DNA from: Octopus bimaculoides
Taxonomy: Eukaryota
Length of the DNA: 64,000 bases
Direction: 5' to 3'
Assembly (NCBI RefSeq): GCF_001194135.2
Contig: NC_068992.1
Coordinates: 59,114,160-59,178,159 of the forward strand
How positions within the stretch are numbered: the stretch's first letter is position 1; each line of letters begins with the position of its first letter. Positions 50,130-62,677 of the stretch are shown in pieces. Made by a program: the position numbers and the translations under genes. Below the pieces are notes generated by a model. The model was given only the letters and a program-made list of their open reading frames with translations. It was not told the DNA's origin and did no database searches.

Positions 50130-50625
50130 ACCACCAACCTCAGAGAGTGACGGAATCGGGAACTTGCAAAATCCTCTGGAATTTCTCAATCCAAATAGAT
50201 CAGGTGCTAGAGCATAACAAACTGGACCTAGTGGTGGTCGACGAGGTGCATCACCTGTGCACCACTTGTTGCATGCCCCTTTGACCCACGAATAATCAAG
50301 AGAGAGGGCGAAAAAATAGATGAATACATTCCTCTTAAGTGCGAAATAGCCCGGCTATGGAAAGTGTAGACAGTGAAGGTAGATCCAATTATTGTTGGGT
50401 CCTTAGGAACACTATCAAATGGCATCAAGAGGTATATAAAGGAAATCGGAATAGAGTGCCAAGTAGAATTGTTACAAAAGATTTGGCTCCTTGGCACGAC
50501 CACAATAATCAGGGAAGTATTATATAGTTTAAAAGATAGCATGGTACCGTAGGCTGCAGGCAGCAGACTCGCTATGCATGCTTCACTCCAGGAGTTCCAA
50601 CAAGACGTGTGATAAAAAGCGAGAT
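50128..50625 (+). mobile_element. Second R4-like LINE fragment (RLE nuclease domain plus 3' UTR)
   Basis: NHQPQRVTES..KILWNFSIQIDQVLEHNKLDLVVVD...PFDPRII..EGEKIDEYIPLKCEIARLW...PIIVGSLG...LLQK..LLGT..IIR. Confidence 0.85.
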
Positions 50626-50700
50626 CAGTGACTTTTTGTCACTGGAAAAAGCATATATCTTTGCATTGAGAATCACTTCCCATCGCCAACCCGTGGTTGT

Positions 50701-50745
50701 CACACGCTGATGACGAGTCAATACCCAGAAATTCGGGTCCGTGTG
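50701..50745 (+). ncRNA. Type-I hammerhead ribozyme candidate with a canonical core
   Basis: Stem I cacacg/cgtgtg (6 bp); CTGATGA 50707-13; GAAA 50728-31; GTC 50737-39; stems II and III weakened. Confidence 0.6.
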
Positions 50746-50964
50746 TATCACGTCAGGCTGGATAGGGGGATGATGACTTCCCTTTGCAAATACTGATAGG
50801 GCACAGATAGTGTGTCAATAGCCAGCTGGAGGAGATGTCTTCCTGGGGCTACAAGCTACAGTAGCATCGACCCTTAAGGGTTAGCCACATTCAGTGGCAA
50901 ATATACTTTACAATGTTGTACTGCTATTGTTTATATCTCGCTCAGAGATTTATTATTGCTTAAT

Positions 50965-51150
50965 AATAGTAATCTTTTCAATTAAAGGCACAAGGCCTGA
51001 AAATTAGACTTAGGAGCTAGTCGATTATACAACACCAGTACGTAACTGGTACTTATTTCATCAACTCCGAAAGGATGAAAGGCATGGTCGACCTCAGCAG
51101 ATTTTGAACCCAGAACGTAAGGACGAACGAAATGCTGCTAAGCATTTTAA
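50965..51150 (-). mobile_element. SINE family A, 5'-truncated
   Basis: ggcacaaggcctgaaa...ggtacttattt...gaaaggatgaaaggc..gtcgacctc. Confidence 0.8.
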
Positions 51151-51629
51151 TAATAATAGCGAGTGGTACAAGGTGACAACAAATCCAAGTGGATCTGTGT
51201 AATTTATGTAAATATGACAGTCGCCTAAAGGTATATTATTTGGAAATGTATATAATAATATTGATTTTAATGTGAGTGTGTATTTCTGTATGCCTGTGTG
51301 TGTTATGTGTGGGTAAGTATACGCGATGGTATGTGTGCGTTTGTGATCTTGTTGTCTTAACAATAAGGAAAAGAGACAACTAAAGAGCTCGACAAGGGGA
51401 GGGAATCAGATGATGAGAGTCATTCAGCACTTGACTTTTTATGACGCAATATTTCACTTCTCATGTAGCACTTTTGAAGAACAAGATGAATATCAACAGG
51501 TCGAAGCGAAAGGAAGAAAGGGAGGAAGAATATGGTAAGAATATGTTGGCTAAAAGAAAAAAACAGGAGAGACAAAGATCCCGAAGAGAAAGATTACTGT
51601 GTGTGTGTGTGTGTGTAGAAGAAGTGAGT

Positions 51630-51662
<33 letters not shown>

Positions 51663-52972
51663 GGATTGATTTTTATTNNNNNNNNNNNNNNNNNNNNNNN
51701 NNNNNNNNNNNNNNNNNNNNNNNNNNNNNNNNNNNNNNNNNNNNNNNNNNNNNNNNNNNNNNNNNNNNNNNNNNNNNNNNNNNNNNNNNNNNNNNNNNNN
51801 NNNNNNNNNNNNNNNNNNNNNNNNNNNNNNNNNNNNNNNNNNNNNNNNNNNNNNNNNNNNNNNNNNNNNNNNNNNNNNNNNNNNNNNNNNNNNNNNNNNN
51901 NNNNNNNNNNNNNNNNNNNNNNNNNNNNNNNNNNNNNNNNNNNNNNNNNNNNNNNNNNNNNNNNNNNNNNNNNNNNNNNNNNNNNNNNNNNNNNNNNNNN
52001 NNNNNNNNNNNNNNNNNNNNNNNNNNNNNNNNNNNNNNNNNNNNNNNNNNNNNNNNNNNNNNNNNNNNNNNNNNNNNNNNNNNNNNNNNNNNNNNNNNNN
52101 NNNNNNNNNNNNNNNNNNNNNNNNNNNNNNNNNNNNNNNNNNNNNNNNNNNNNNNNNNNNNNNNNNNNNNNNNNNNNNNNNNNNNNNNNNNNNNNNNNNN
52201 NNNNNNNNNNNNNNNNNNNNNNNNNNNNNNNNNNNNNNNNNNNNNNNNNNNNNNNNNNNNNNNNNNNNNNNNNNNNNNNNNNNNNNNNNNNNNNNNNNNN
52301 NNNNNNNNNNNNNNNNNNNNNNNNNNNNNNNNNNNNNNNNNNNNNNNNNNNNNNNNNNNNNNNNNNNNNNNNNNNNNNNNNNNNNNNNNNNNNNNNNNNN
52401 NNNNNNNNNNNNNNNNNNNNNNNNNNNNNNNNNNNNNNNNNNNNNNNNNNNNNNNNNNNNNNNNNNNNNNNNNNNNNNNNNNNNNNNNNNNNNNNNNNNN
52501 NNNNNNNNNNNNNNNNNNNATGATGACGATCGTTGCAAACAGTGTAAAACAAATGATTGGTCACAAAAGATGGCAATAACACTGAAACGAAGAAGTGGGT
52601 TTTGGCATTTCCTTGAAGTACTTTTGGATGTCAGAGGTTTTTAGTGTAAATAACCAGCCAACGTCTACATTACGTTAACACAGTACTTCTACATAATCAT
52701 CATGTTTATCTTTTATATGTCGTAGGTCGTGTTGTTGTTGTTCCTGTTGTTGTTGTCGTTGTTGGCGCACTTGTTGTTCTTATGATTGCAGTTCATGTCC
52801 TTGTTCATGTTCATCTTCGTTTTATTGTTGTTGTTTTTATTATCCAGCTTATATTTTCGATTGCTTGTTTAGTCCCTTATAAGAACATTGTTTAAAAAAA
52901 ATCTATCTGTTCTACTCATCTCGTATACACGAGCATATATATATATATATATATATATATATNNNNNNNNNN

Positions 52973-53009
<37 letters not shown>

Positions 53010-53336
53010 TCTCTATGCAGAAGACAAATAGTATTAGGTATGTGCGTATGTATATGTATGTATACATGTATGTATGTAAATTACATATATATATGTGTGT
53101 GTATACAGATAAAATTACATATATTTTTATGTATGCATATATATTTGTATTTCCACATAGATACGTACACGCACCCACATACATATCTCAATTTAAGCCT
53201 ACGACAAATTGATATGTATAAATCAATAACTATACATTCATAACAGATTACAACATCCATGATATATACATTATAAATATGTACATATGTGTGTAGTATA
53301 TGTATTATATATATATGTGTGTGGGTGTGTGTGTAT

Positions 53337-53385
<49 letters not shown>

Positions 53386-53554
53386 NNNNNNNNNNNNNNN
53401 NNNNNNNNNNNNNNNNNNNNNNNNNNNNNNNNNNNNNNNNNNNNNNNNNNNNNNNNNNNNNNNNNNNNNNNNNNNNNNNNNNNNNNNNNNNNNNNNNNNN
53501 NNNNNNNNNNNNNNNNNNNNNNNNNNNNNNNNNNATATATACTCATAAAAGATG

Positions 53555-53870
53555 AAGACGTTTGGCTCAGTGGTCATGAGGTTGTGAGTTCGATTCCCGA
53601 TTCCCGGACCGGGGTGTGTGTTGTGTTCTTGAACAAGATGCTTCATTTCACGTTGTTCCAGTTCATTCAGCTGTAGGAATGAGATGCAGCATCACTGGTG
53701 CCAAGCTACATCGGTCTTTGCCTTTCTTCTTGGTAACATCGGTGGCGTTGAGAGGAGGCACTGGTATGCATGGGTGGCTGCTAGTCTTCCATAACCAATC
53801 ATGTTCAGACTTGCACCTAGGAGGGGAATGTTCTAGGTGGATCCCGTGGTCGTTCATGGGATGCACATTT
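53555..53870 (+). mobile_element. SINE family B2
   Basis: tggctcagtgg A box, gagttcgattccc B box; body collinear with the 26178 copy. Confidence 0.85.
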
Positions 53871-54479
53871 TACTAAATCTTACTTAATATATATTATATT
53901 ACAATTAAAATTAGATTGTTCATATTACTAAACTTATTGTTATATTAACCCTTACGTGGGTGTAGCCAAACTGGATCTACCACAAAATTTCACTTCCATT
54001 CATGCACAATAAGCCTAAAGATAATAATATCTCATGGGAACTCATCTTCTACAGTGGCCAAATAAAGACCTATACCATCTGGAGAGGGGACCAGTTAATA
54101 TTAAGTTATTAAATTTAAGTTATGTTCTACAGGAGGATTGTGTTGGTCTTAAGTGGTAGGACTAATACGGTCCACTATAAGTGGAGGTAGACTAGTATGC
54201 TGCTTGAAAAGATTAAGTCCAGATTGAAACTAGTGCAAACAAGCTCCAGTCTGGAGATGAAGAAAAAAGGTTGGTGATTCACCTAAAATTCTGTATAAAT
54301 ATTTAAACATGATTTCTGATGAAGTTTTGACTAAGCAATACACGCTTTCTCCTATCAAATGTTGTCTACAAATCCTTTCTGTATATATGCTTATATACAA
54401 TCATGATTTTTGATAAACTTATAAATAATTATTTATTTATTTTACTACCTATTTTGAGCACTTTTATGTATACTGTTTA

Positions 54480-54860
54480 AACACAAAGCCCCTCTTAACA
54501 TCTTCACCTGTCTCCTCTCTTGGCTCGTTCTCATTGCGTTCATAATAATTTTTCCATCGTCATGGCTCGACAGCCCTCACCGTTTGTTTTTACTGTCTTG
54601 TTCTCACTGTCCTGTTCTTCTTAACGCTTACACCCTCCGCAAAAAATCGCAAATTTTGGCTTTGCCGGAAGGACTGTTTCAACGAAGTCGCGTATTGTCC
54701 TTACTTTCGAAACGCGGAGTAGATGAAACAGGGACAACTGACGAAGGGTTTATTCTTTATGTTGCATGTCTCGTTTCTCTGTTTGTTTTTTTCGTTGTTC
54801 GAAAAAAGTTCGTTTTCTATGTTTTCGTTTCTCATTGTGTATAACGTTTTTTTTTAATGT
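54480..54860 (+). mobile_element. Unclassified interspersed repeat, possibly Penelope-tail derived
   Basis: Pyrimidine-rich body with cgaaacg and a ctgacgaaggg...ttttttcgttgttcg segment; loosely similar to 7600-7800. Confidence 0.35.
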
Positions 54861-54960
54861 CCTGTACCCGTATATGTGTGTATATATACATATACATGTA
54901 GGTATGTACAGATATGTATGGATATATGCATATATTTATATATTATTTATATTATTATTA

Positions 54961-54989
<29 letters not shown>

Positions 54990-54994
<5 letters not shown>

Positions 54995-55186
54995 GTCACT
55001 AAGTGTGACTAGGGTCACTGCATTGCTAGAAATAAGAGCTAAAACGTCTAATGTTGTAATTAAAACACATAATTGTCAGTACACATGTATAGAATCATGT
55101 GCTTTAACTACAGCATTAGACCTTTTTAGCTCTTGCTTCTGACAATGTAAGTGTTCTAACACTCTAATCGCATTTAGTGACAATTA
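54990..55186. mobile_element. Fold-back MITE (near-complete palindrome)
   Basis: taattgtcactaa...taagagctaaaa..gtctaatg.tgta.ttaaa.cacat occurs on both strands; TA-flanked. Confidence 0.8.
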
Positions 55187-55932
55187 TAGTTTTCCTTTTA
55201 GGTAAAACATTGCACACTACTTTCTGTATTAATTTATATATATAATACACCACGTGTCTTTGTATATGTACATTTTTTTTTGGTAACTCTTAAGCATTTG
55301 AGCTGTTGAATTTGTTCCACTTTAAGAGATTTACTTTCTAAATGATTCGATACGATCTGGAGTCGTTTGTTTTTTCTTTGTATTTGCAATACGAGACCAA
55401 AATTCTTCTGTCAAATCATTAGAAAAGAAGAGTATTTAATGCTGATTAGGCTCAGAGTTTACGAGTTTGTAGCCAGCTAATTAGAGTAGAGGAGTCTTTA
55501 GTACTCATGGGATCAAGAATTTATCGTCAGCTCATTAGAATAAATCCAGGATTTACAATCGGTTCTACGACATTAGATAAGAGAACTGAGTCGGCAGATT
55601 TCAAGGAACTTGGAACTAAATACCTGCTAATAATTTCTCTTATCTCTGCATGTTTCTAGTTAAAGTTTAGCCGAAGTCAACTATAAACATATAATACAAC
55701 CGGATTTATTAAATAGTACACTAGGATATATGTTGTGTGCAGTAATTGATCTTCTGTATCGACTATTGCTTTCTTCATCAACACTTTTCTTACGTCTAAG
55801 AGAAATAATTTATGTTGATTACCTTCATATTTATATGATGTATGTGCGTTTATGACTGTATATGTGAGTGTGTGTGTGTGTGTGTGTGTTTGTGTATGTG
55901 TGTGTGTGTTTGCGTGTGTGTGCGTGTGTGTA

Positions 55933-55967
<35 letters not shown>

Positions 55968-56057
55968 AAGGCGGTTGCCAGCATGGCCGCAGCCAAATGA
56001 GTGATAACATTGTAAACGAATAGAATACACACGAACACAAACATCCACGCACGCATG

Positions 56058-56103
<46 letters not shown>

Positions 56104-56153
56104 TTATTTATTTATTTACACGCACGCGCGCTCGCATACACATGCATATATAT

Positions 56154-56217
<64 letters not shown>

Positions 56218-57616
56218 CTGTGTGCTTGTGTTTATGCATGTATATGTATGTGCGTGTGTGTGTGTATATCTGTCTATGTCTGCCTCTGTGTGGTGTGGGG
56301 GTGTGGAGGAGTGTTTGTGTGTGTGTGTATGTGTGTATGTGTGTGTGTGCGTGTGTGTGTGTGTGTGTGTGAGTAAAATTTATTCTTCAAGAATGAAAAG
56401 GAGAAAGGTAGAAGAAAACACAACTATAATAAGAAACGAAACGAAACGAAACGAAATCTGTCCCTCACCTGCTTATTTTTGTAAATACAGAATTGTTTAT
56501 GGAACACAGACGGAAGATTTTGACTATTCTCAATTAGCTTAAAACGCCTATATATCTTGCAGTCAGTATAATTGAATGGAATTCAATATGTCATTCAGAT
56601 AATACTAAGCTTGAAACATAAGTCGATTCACTATCCTCAAACCTTATTTCTCTAAGCGGATTAATAAAGAGAAGGTCTATTGTTGATACAGTTTGATAGA
56701 TATCACTTAATACAAAGCTTTGTCTTGCTTTTGTAATGTTTATACCCACTATTTTATTTTTATTATATTATAGTCAAAGGAATAAATATTTCAATTAATC
56801 TATTCTGTATATTGTTTGTGCGTTTTCTCTCTATATTTATTCTGTTGGCTATAATATCAGTTAGTTAACGGTTTGAGCTTATTATTTAGATATTCATATT
56901 GCTAGGTTTCGATAAGAGAAAGACGTTTGTTATATTCAATACAATGGCTATAATGAAAAATATTTCATCTGTCTGTCTACGCTTGTTGCTGTAAGCAGTG
57001 AGCTTGTGCTAACTTCCCAGCAAGTCGACTTCGCTTTGCGTTTTCAGCTTATTATTTGTACGAAACATTTTCACTTCACTTTATAGGAGGGGGTTGTTTT
57101 GGGGGTTTTGGGTTTTTTTGTCCAATCACAACTCATACTTATTGTTATTATCGCTACTGTTGCTGCATTTTGTTTTTGTTGCTTTCCATCGTTGTAATTC
57201 TATAGCTCTCAAGCCAAACTTCATATATATATATATATANNNNNNNNNNNNNNNNNNNNNNNNNNNNNNNNNNNNNNNNNNNNNNNNNNNNNNNNNNNNN
57301 NNNNNNNNNNNNNNNNNNNNNNNNNNNNNNNNNNNNNNNNNNNNNNNNNNNNNNNNNNNNNNNNNNNNNNNNNNNNNNNNNNNNNNNNNNNNNNNNNNNN
57401 NNNNNNNNNNNNNNNNNNNNNNNNNNNNNNNNNNNNNNNNNNNNNNNNNNNNNNNNNNNNNNNNNNNNNNNNNNNNNNNNNNNNNNNNNNNNNNNNNNNN
57501 NNNNNNNNNNNNNNNNNNNNNNNNNNNNNNNNNNNNNNNNNNNNNNNNNNNNNNNNNNNNNNNNNNNNNNNNNNNNNNNNNNNNNNNNNNNNNNNNNNNN
57601 NNNNNNNNNNNNNNNN

Positions 57617-57805
57617 AAAATGTTTTCTCCTACATCGAAAATAATGGAAACCTCCATAGAGAAAACTGGAATCTCAGAAGTATAAGGTACTAATATCGAA
57701 GGAGAACAAACTATGAACACTAGTACAACATATACACGTATAGAACTTCCACTATCATTAATCCATATAGAGCTAAACTGGTGTACGCTTGGATAGAATT
57801 TATCC
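57617..57805 (-). CDS. Candidate exon running into a gap, unknown product
   Basis: Strong ttgttctttcctag acceptor; 62 open codons DKFYPSVHQFSSIWINDSGSSIRVYVVLVFIVCSPSILVPYTSEIPVFSMEVSIIFDVGENI. Confidence 0.4.
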
Positions 57806-57902
57806 CTAGGAAAGAACAATCTCTTTATATACAGACTTATATGTATATAATATACATACACACACATATATATATAAATATATATACATATATATACATG
57901 TA

Positions 57903-57959
<57 letters not shown>

Positions 57960-58344
57960 CCCCACACTCACACAAGAATGTATACAAACACAGGCGCAAG
58001 CATGGCTGCATTGTTAAGAAGTTTGCTTCACGATCACGCGGTTACCTATCGTAGAATGAAGAATATACTTTTGCCAGTATGTGTAATATCAGGTGTAACA
58101 TTACACCTGCAATTAATTATTAGTTAAGTACATTTTGTTATAGATAACATATTCATAACGCGACTATATAAATGAGAATTCTTTTTATTTATTAATTTTT
58201 TTTCTAATTTTCAATTAATTGAATAAGCATTTTTATCTCGAAAATTAATATCCACCTCATTATTTTATGTAAGCAACATGAAATTTGAAAAATGAAATAT
58301 AATTATAATCATCATACTTGTCTAACATTACCCACAGTGTGAAG

Positions 58345-58565
58345 ACGATGACCTGGCGGAATCGTTAGCACGCCACGCAAAATTCTTAGCGGTGTTTTGT
58401 CCCTATTTACGTTCTGAGTTCAAATTCCGGCATGGTCGACTTTGCCGTCTATCCCTTTTGGTGTCGATGAAAATAATTAGTACCCGGTCATTGGATCCTT
58501 TATAATCGACTTGCTCACTTCCCCGAAATTGTTGACCTTGTGCCAAAATTTGAAACCATTATTTC
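58345..58565 (+). mobile_element. SINE family A
   Basis: ctggcggaatcgttagcacgcc...gagttcaaattccgg...gtgccaaaatttgaaaccattatt. Confidence 0.85.
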
Positions 58566-58784
58566 TCACAGTGTCGAGAGTATAGACTCAAAAGAAAGCA
58601 TCAACTAACGCAAAACACTCTAATATTCATTCATTCCACTCTAGGCACAGGGACTGAAATGTAAGGGAAGAAAGATAGCACTGGGGTCGTAATTGTTTAA
58701 AATAAATATATTTACATATATACCAAACTAGTTTCAACAATATTTCTTGTTTGTCAATGGTAAAAATTCAAAATTATAAAGAGA

Positions 58785-58857
58785 CTTTATAAGTGGGACT
58801 GAACTAAAACCAAGTGGTTGAGAAGCAAGCTTCATACCACACAGCCAAGTTTATTTT

Positions 58858-58889
<32 letters not shown>

Positions 58890-59040
58890 TTATTCATTCT
58901 CTTACTTTTACTTGTTTCGGTCATTGGGCTGTGGCCATGCTGAGGCACCGCCGTGAATGGTTCAGCCGAGTAAATCGACCTAAGTACTTGCTTTTTAAAA
59001 GCCTGGCATTCGTTCTATCGGACTCTTTTGCTGAACAACA
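58785..59040 (-). mobile_element. SINE family C pieces (head and 3' end)
   Basis: gggactgaac...aagcaagcttcataccacacagcc and ttttacttgtttcggtcattgggctgtggccatgctg. Confidence 0.7.
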
Positions 59041-59574
59041 GAATCTAGAAGGAAATCTGAAGAGCGGAAATTCTACTCCACTTGTTAGCCACATATTAGC
59101 ACTGATGTCTATGAAGCGTGTGTGCATCATATTTATAATATATTACGCAGAAAAATAAAATACTTGATTATGGACTTAAATTTAACTATTATAAATCTTT
59201 CTTATAACATCAGTTTTATCTAGAAGGATTTAATAGTGCAAGGAGAGTCAATAAAAATCATGTTTGTATCGACTCATGTCTATTTGCATAATCCATATCC
59301 GGTAGGCGCTGTTTGATTTTGTAAATCCCATGGCTGTCTTTAGTAACTAACGTGCGAGATAAATGACCGGAAGTTAATTTGTACAATGTCTTACAAGACA
59401 AACGTTCATTTATTCATCGCCATTTTGTTTCTTTTAATTGTCTATTTAAACAATGAAAGATCAGTGACATCGATCAATTTTATAGAATCACTTGATCATT
59501 GGTGATTTTTTTCATCGTGGTTTTTTCTCACTGTCGGAACTAATTTGATAAACTTTATTTTTTTTTTATATATA

Positions 59575-59975
59575 ACCTTCTTCCCGCTCTCTCCTTCCCT
59601 TTCCCTCTCTTCTAATCTTTCTCTCTCTCTTTTCTTCCTTGATTTCTTTTTCTCTCTTTCTCTTTCTCCCTGTCTTTCTGTCTCCCTTTTTCTCTGTCTC
59701 CCTGTTTTTCTCTGTCTCTCTTTTTCCTTGTATCCCGATCTCTCTTTCCTCCATCTCTCTGTCTCTTTCCATTTCTCTGCCTCCCTGTCTCCCTATCTTT
59801 GTCTCCCTCTGTCTCGGTCTCCCGGTCTCAGACTCCTTGTCTTTGTCTCCCTATCTGTCCCTCAGTCTCGCTATTTCCCTGTCTCTGTCTCGCTGTCTCC
59901 CTATCTCTCTGTCATGTTGCCTCCCTATCTTTCTGTCTCTCCGTCTTTCTCCCTGACTCCCAAGTTCCTTTTCTC

Positions 59976-60006
<31 letters not shown>

Positions 60007-60380
60007 TTGTTCTCTGTCTCGCTGTCTCTCTCTCTTTCTCTCTCTCCCTGTCTCTCTCTCCCTGTCTCTCTCTGTCTCTCTCTCCCTCTATCTTTCTCTC
60101 ATTCTTTCACTTCTCTCTTACATGTCTCTCTTACATTCGTTTAAGTCTCAATACTCTCTCTCTCACTCTTTCCTCTCCACTTCTCTCTTCTCTTCCAATT
60201 CTCTCTCACTCTCTCTTCTCCCAAACAACTCTCTACTTCCCCTCTTTCTCTTTCTCTTTGCCTCTCTCTTTCTTCTCTCCCCTATTCTCTCTTACTCCCT
60301 CTACTTCCCATTTTTCTCTCGCTCTCTTTTCATCATTTCTCCCTGCCGTTTTCCTTCCTTCCTAATCTTTTCCATTACAT
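59575..60380. repeat. Degenerate (CT/TCTG) polypyrimidine tract of about 800 bp
   Basis: The + strand is almost entirely C/T with sparse G. Confidence 0.95.
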
Positions 60381-61079
60381 CAGCTAATATTTATAATTAG
60401 CAGATAAATTCTAAAGACTTAATAGTATTACAATTCATTTAGTACAGAAAAAAATCAACAATTCAAACCTATATATCGAATCTGGCTTTAGATGTGTCAA
60501 CTAAATGAATGTTTTAATCTTCACCGATCGATCCGTATTAATTCTTCGGTAAATAGGAAACCGTTACAAGATTTACTAATTTACTTATTACAACCTATTG
60601 TATCAGAGAATCAAATCTCTCATTTGATCTACATTGATTTGTGTATTGTTTCTATTTTCATATATATATATATANNNNNNNNNNNNNNNNNNNNNNNNNN
60701 NNNNNNNNNNNNNNNNNNNNNNNNNNNNNNNNNNNNNNNNNNNNNNNNNNNNNNNNNNNNNNNNNNNNNNNNNNNNNNNNNNNNNNNNNNNNNNNNNNNN
60801 NNNNNNNNNNNNNNNNNNNNNNNNNNNNTCTAAGTGTGTGTGTGTGTGTGTGTGTGTGCGTGCGAGTATGTATTTATTATATACGTACGTATTGTTGGAT
60901 GGATGGATGGACTTTTTGATTGTGTATATATATTTCTTGATGTAATAGTGATATTATTAATAATTTTAAAATATTCTTTTTATGTATTGACTTTTATTTT
61001 TAGTAAAGGAATCAGGGCTAGAGATAGGAGGGATTTTTTAAAAACATTTATGCTCCTTTCTCAAGACCATTAGAAGCGT

Positions 61080-61225
61080 ATCGACAACATCATCATCATC
61101 ATCACTACCACCACCACTACCATCATCATTATCATCACCACCAACACCAACAGCAACACTACCACCACCATCACCACCACCACCACCATCGCCATCACCA
61201 TCATCATCAACATCAACCTCACGAC
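61080..61225. repeat. Compound (CAT)/(CAC)/(CAA) microsatellite
   Basis: Direct reading. Confidence 0.9.
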
Positions 61226-61309
61226 GTCACTGTCCCCGAGTCCTGGAGTTCGTACTTCAACGGTTATCCGGTTTCCTGGGCGTGCAACTGACCGAGATCG
61301 CAACATAAT

Positions 61310-61445
61310 CCCTTTGAACAGGGATCCTGTCCATCACAAGGTTATTCATTTAAAGCCGATTGGACCGGAAGCAACGTAAAATGAAGTGCTTTGCTCAAGG
61401 GACACTGCGCACTGCACCGCCCGGTCAGGAAATCAAAACCACCAT
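61310..61445 (-). mobile_element. SINE B-type fragment
   Basis: Reverse complement ggttttgatttcctgaccgggcgg...ttgagcaaagcacttcattttacgttgc. Confidence 0.6.
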
Positions 61446-62124
61446 GCACCTTCACATTAGAAGCGTAAGCTAAATTAATAATATTCAACAAAAATCATTA
61501 AGTTCTATTCCCCGAATATTTTGAGAAAATTCCAAGCAATATTTCTATCAATTTCTCAGCTGATGATCCTTCAGTTCGGGAAACTAATTCCATTGATTCT
61601 TAATCTTAATTCCAAGTCACAGTTATCGATATGTTGTCTCCTGGTTCTGTAGTATTAAGCAGGTAAAGGATAGATATACCCTTCGATACAATGCGTTGAT
61701 GCTTAATTTTTAATCCAAATTCGTTTGCATGGCCCAACTGTCATAGGGTCTTTCTCAAAAGCTTTCGAAATGAAGCAGCCTTTCTGGATGTCCGGATGAC
61801 ACCTCGACATGATTTCTACCGTATCAAATAGGACGCCCAAGAATTTGAAAGCCTGCCGGTTACACTTCTGAAAAATGCATGCTAGGTTTGAAACAGTTTT
61901 GTAATGTGTGTACAACAGCTGTTCCCCGGGATTTCCTTCAAAGTGACATGTGATGCATCTTTATCTTTGTCAACTGTCCTCAGTCTCTCATTCTTGCTTC
62001 TAGTCACGAACAAAAACCATTCCAGGTCAGTCGCATGAGAGTCTCATATAAGAGTTTGTGTAATCTCACGGCAATGTTGTGCATGGAATGGATCCTTCTT
62101 ATTCATGCCAGCCTTATTGCAGGG

Positions 62125-62495
62125 GTTCTGGAGTCGACTTTGCTATTCATCCTTTCGGGGTCGATAAAATAAGTACCAGTTGAGCACTGGGGTCGATCTA
62201 ATCAATTAGCCACACACCACCAACAATTCCAGGCCTTGTGTTTATAGTAAACAGGATTACCATTATTACTAAGAATGCGAGCTGGCAGAATCGTTGGAGC
62301 GTCAGAGAAAATACTTAGCAGCATTTCTTCCTGTTCTTTATGTTTTTTGAGTTTAACTTCTACGGAGGTCAACTTTACCTTTCATCCTTCGGGAATCCTT
62401 AAAATAAAATGCCAGTCAAATACTAGGGCCGATCTAATCGCCTACCTCCTTGCCCCATAAAAATGCTAGCCTTGTACCAAAATTAGAAAGATTTT
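62125..62495 (+). mobile_element. Two tandem SINE family A copies
   Basis: A truncated copy ending gtaaacaggattaccattatt is followed directly by the head gcgagctggcagaatcgtt. Confidence 0.85.
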
Positions 62496-62677
62496 TTATT
62501 GGTTTATTAGTTTGCTTGTTCTTAATAACTTTTACGAGATTCATCTGAGAGAACAGCGCTCTGAAGGTACCGAATCGAAAGAATATTTAGATCGTGTGTC
62601 TTCTTGGGAAACTCCAGGATCGAACAAATAATTCGATTGATCTGACGCTATACAGTATTTATGGTTTAGCAACTAAC

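Noticed and set aside
54655-54720. Hammerhead-like ccggaagga...cgaaacgc
   Set aside because: The core does not match CUGANGA or U3-A8, and there is no clean cleavage triplet or stem I
56590-56750. Open minus-strand frame VGINITKARQSF...LVLSE
   Set aside because: Weak splice signals and a length within chance expectation
2180-60945. Long ORFs in the track containing X runs
   Set aside because: They only read through N-gaps and flanking microsatellites and carry no coding evidence
61560-61600. CTGATGA...GAAAC motif
   Set aside because: No stem I and only a 2-bp stem II; likely chance
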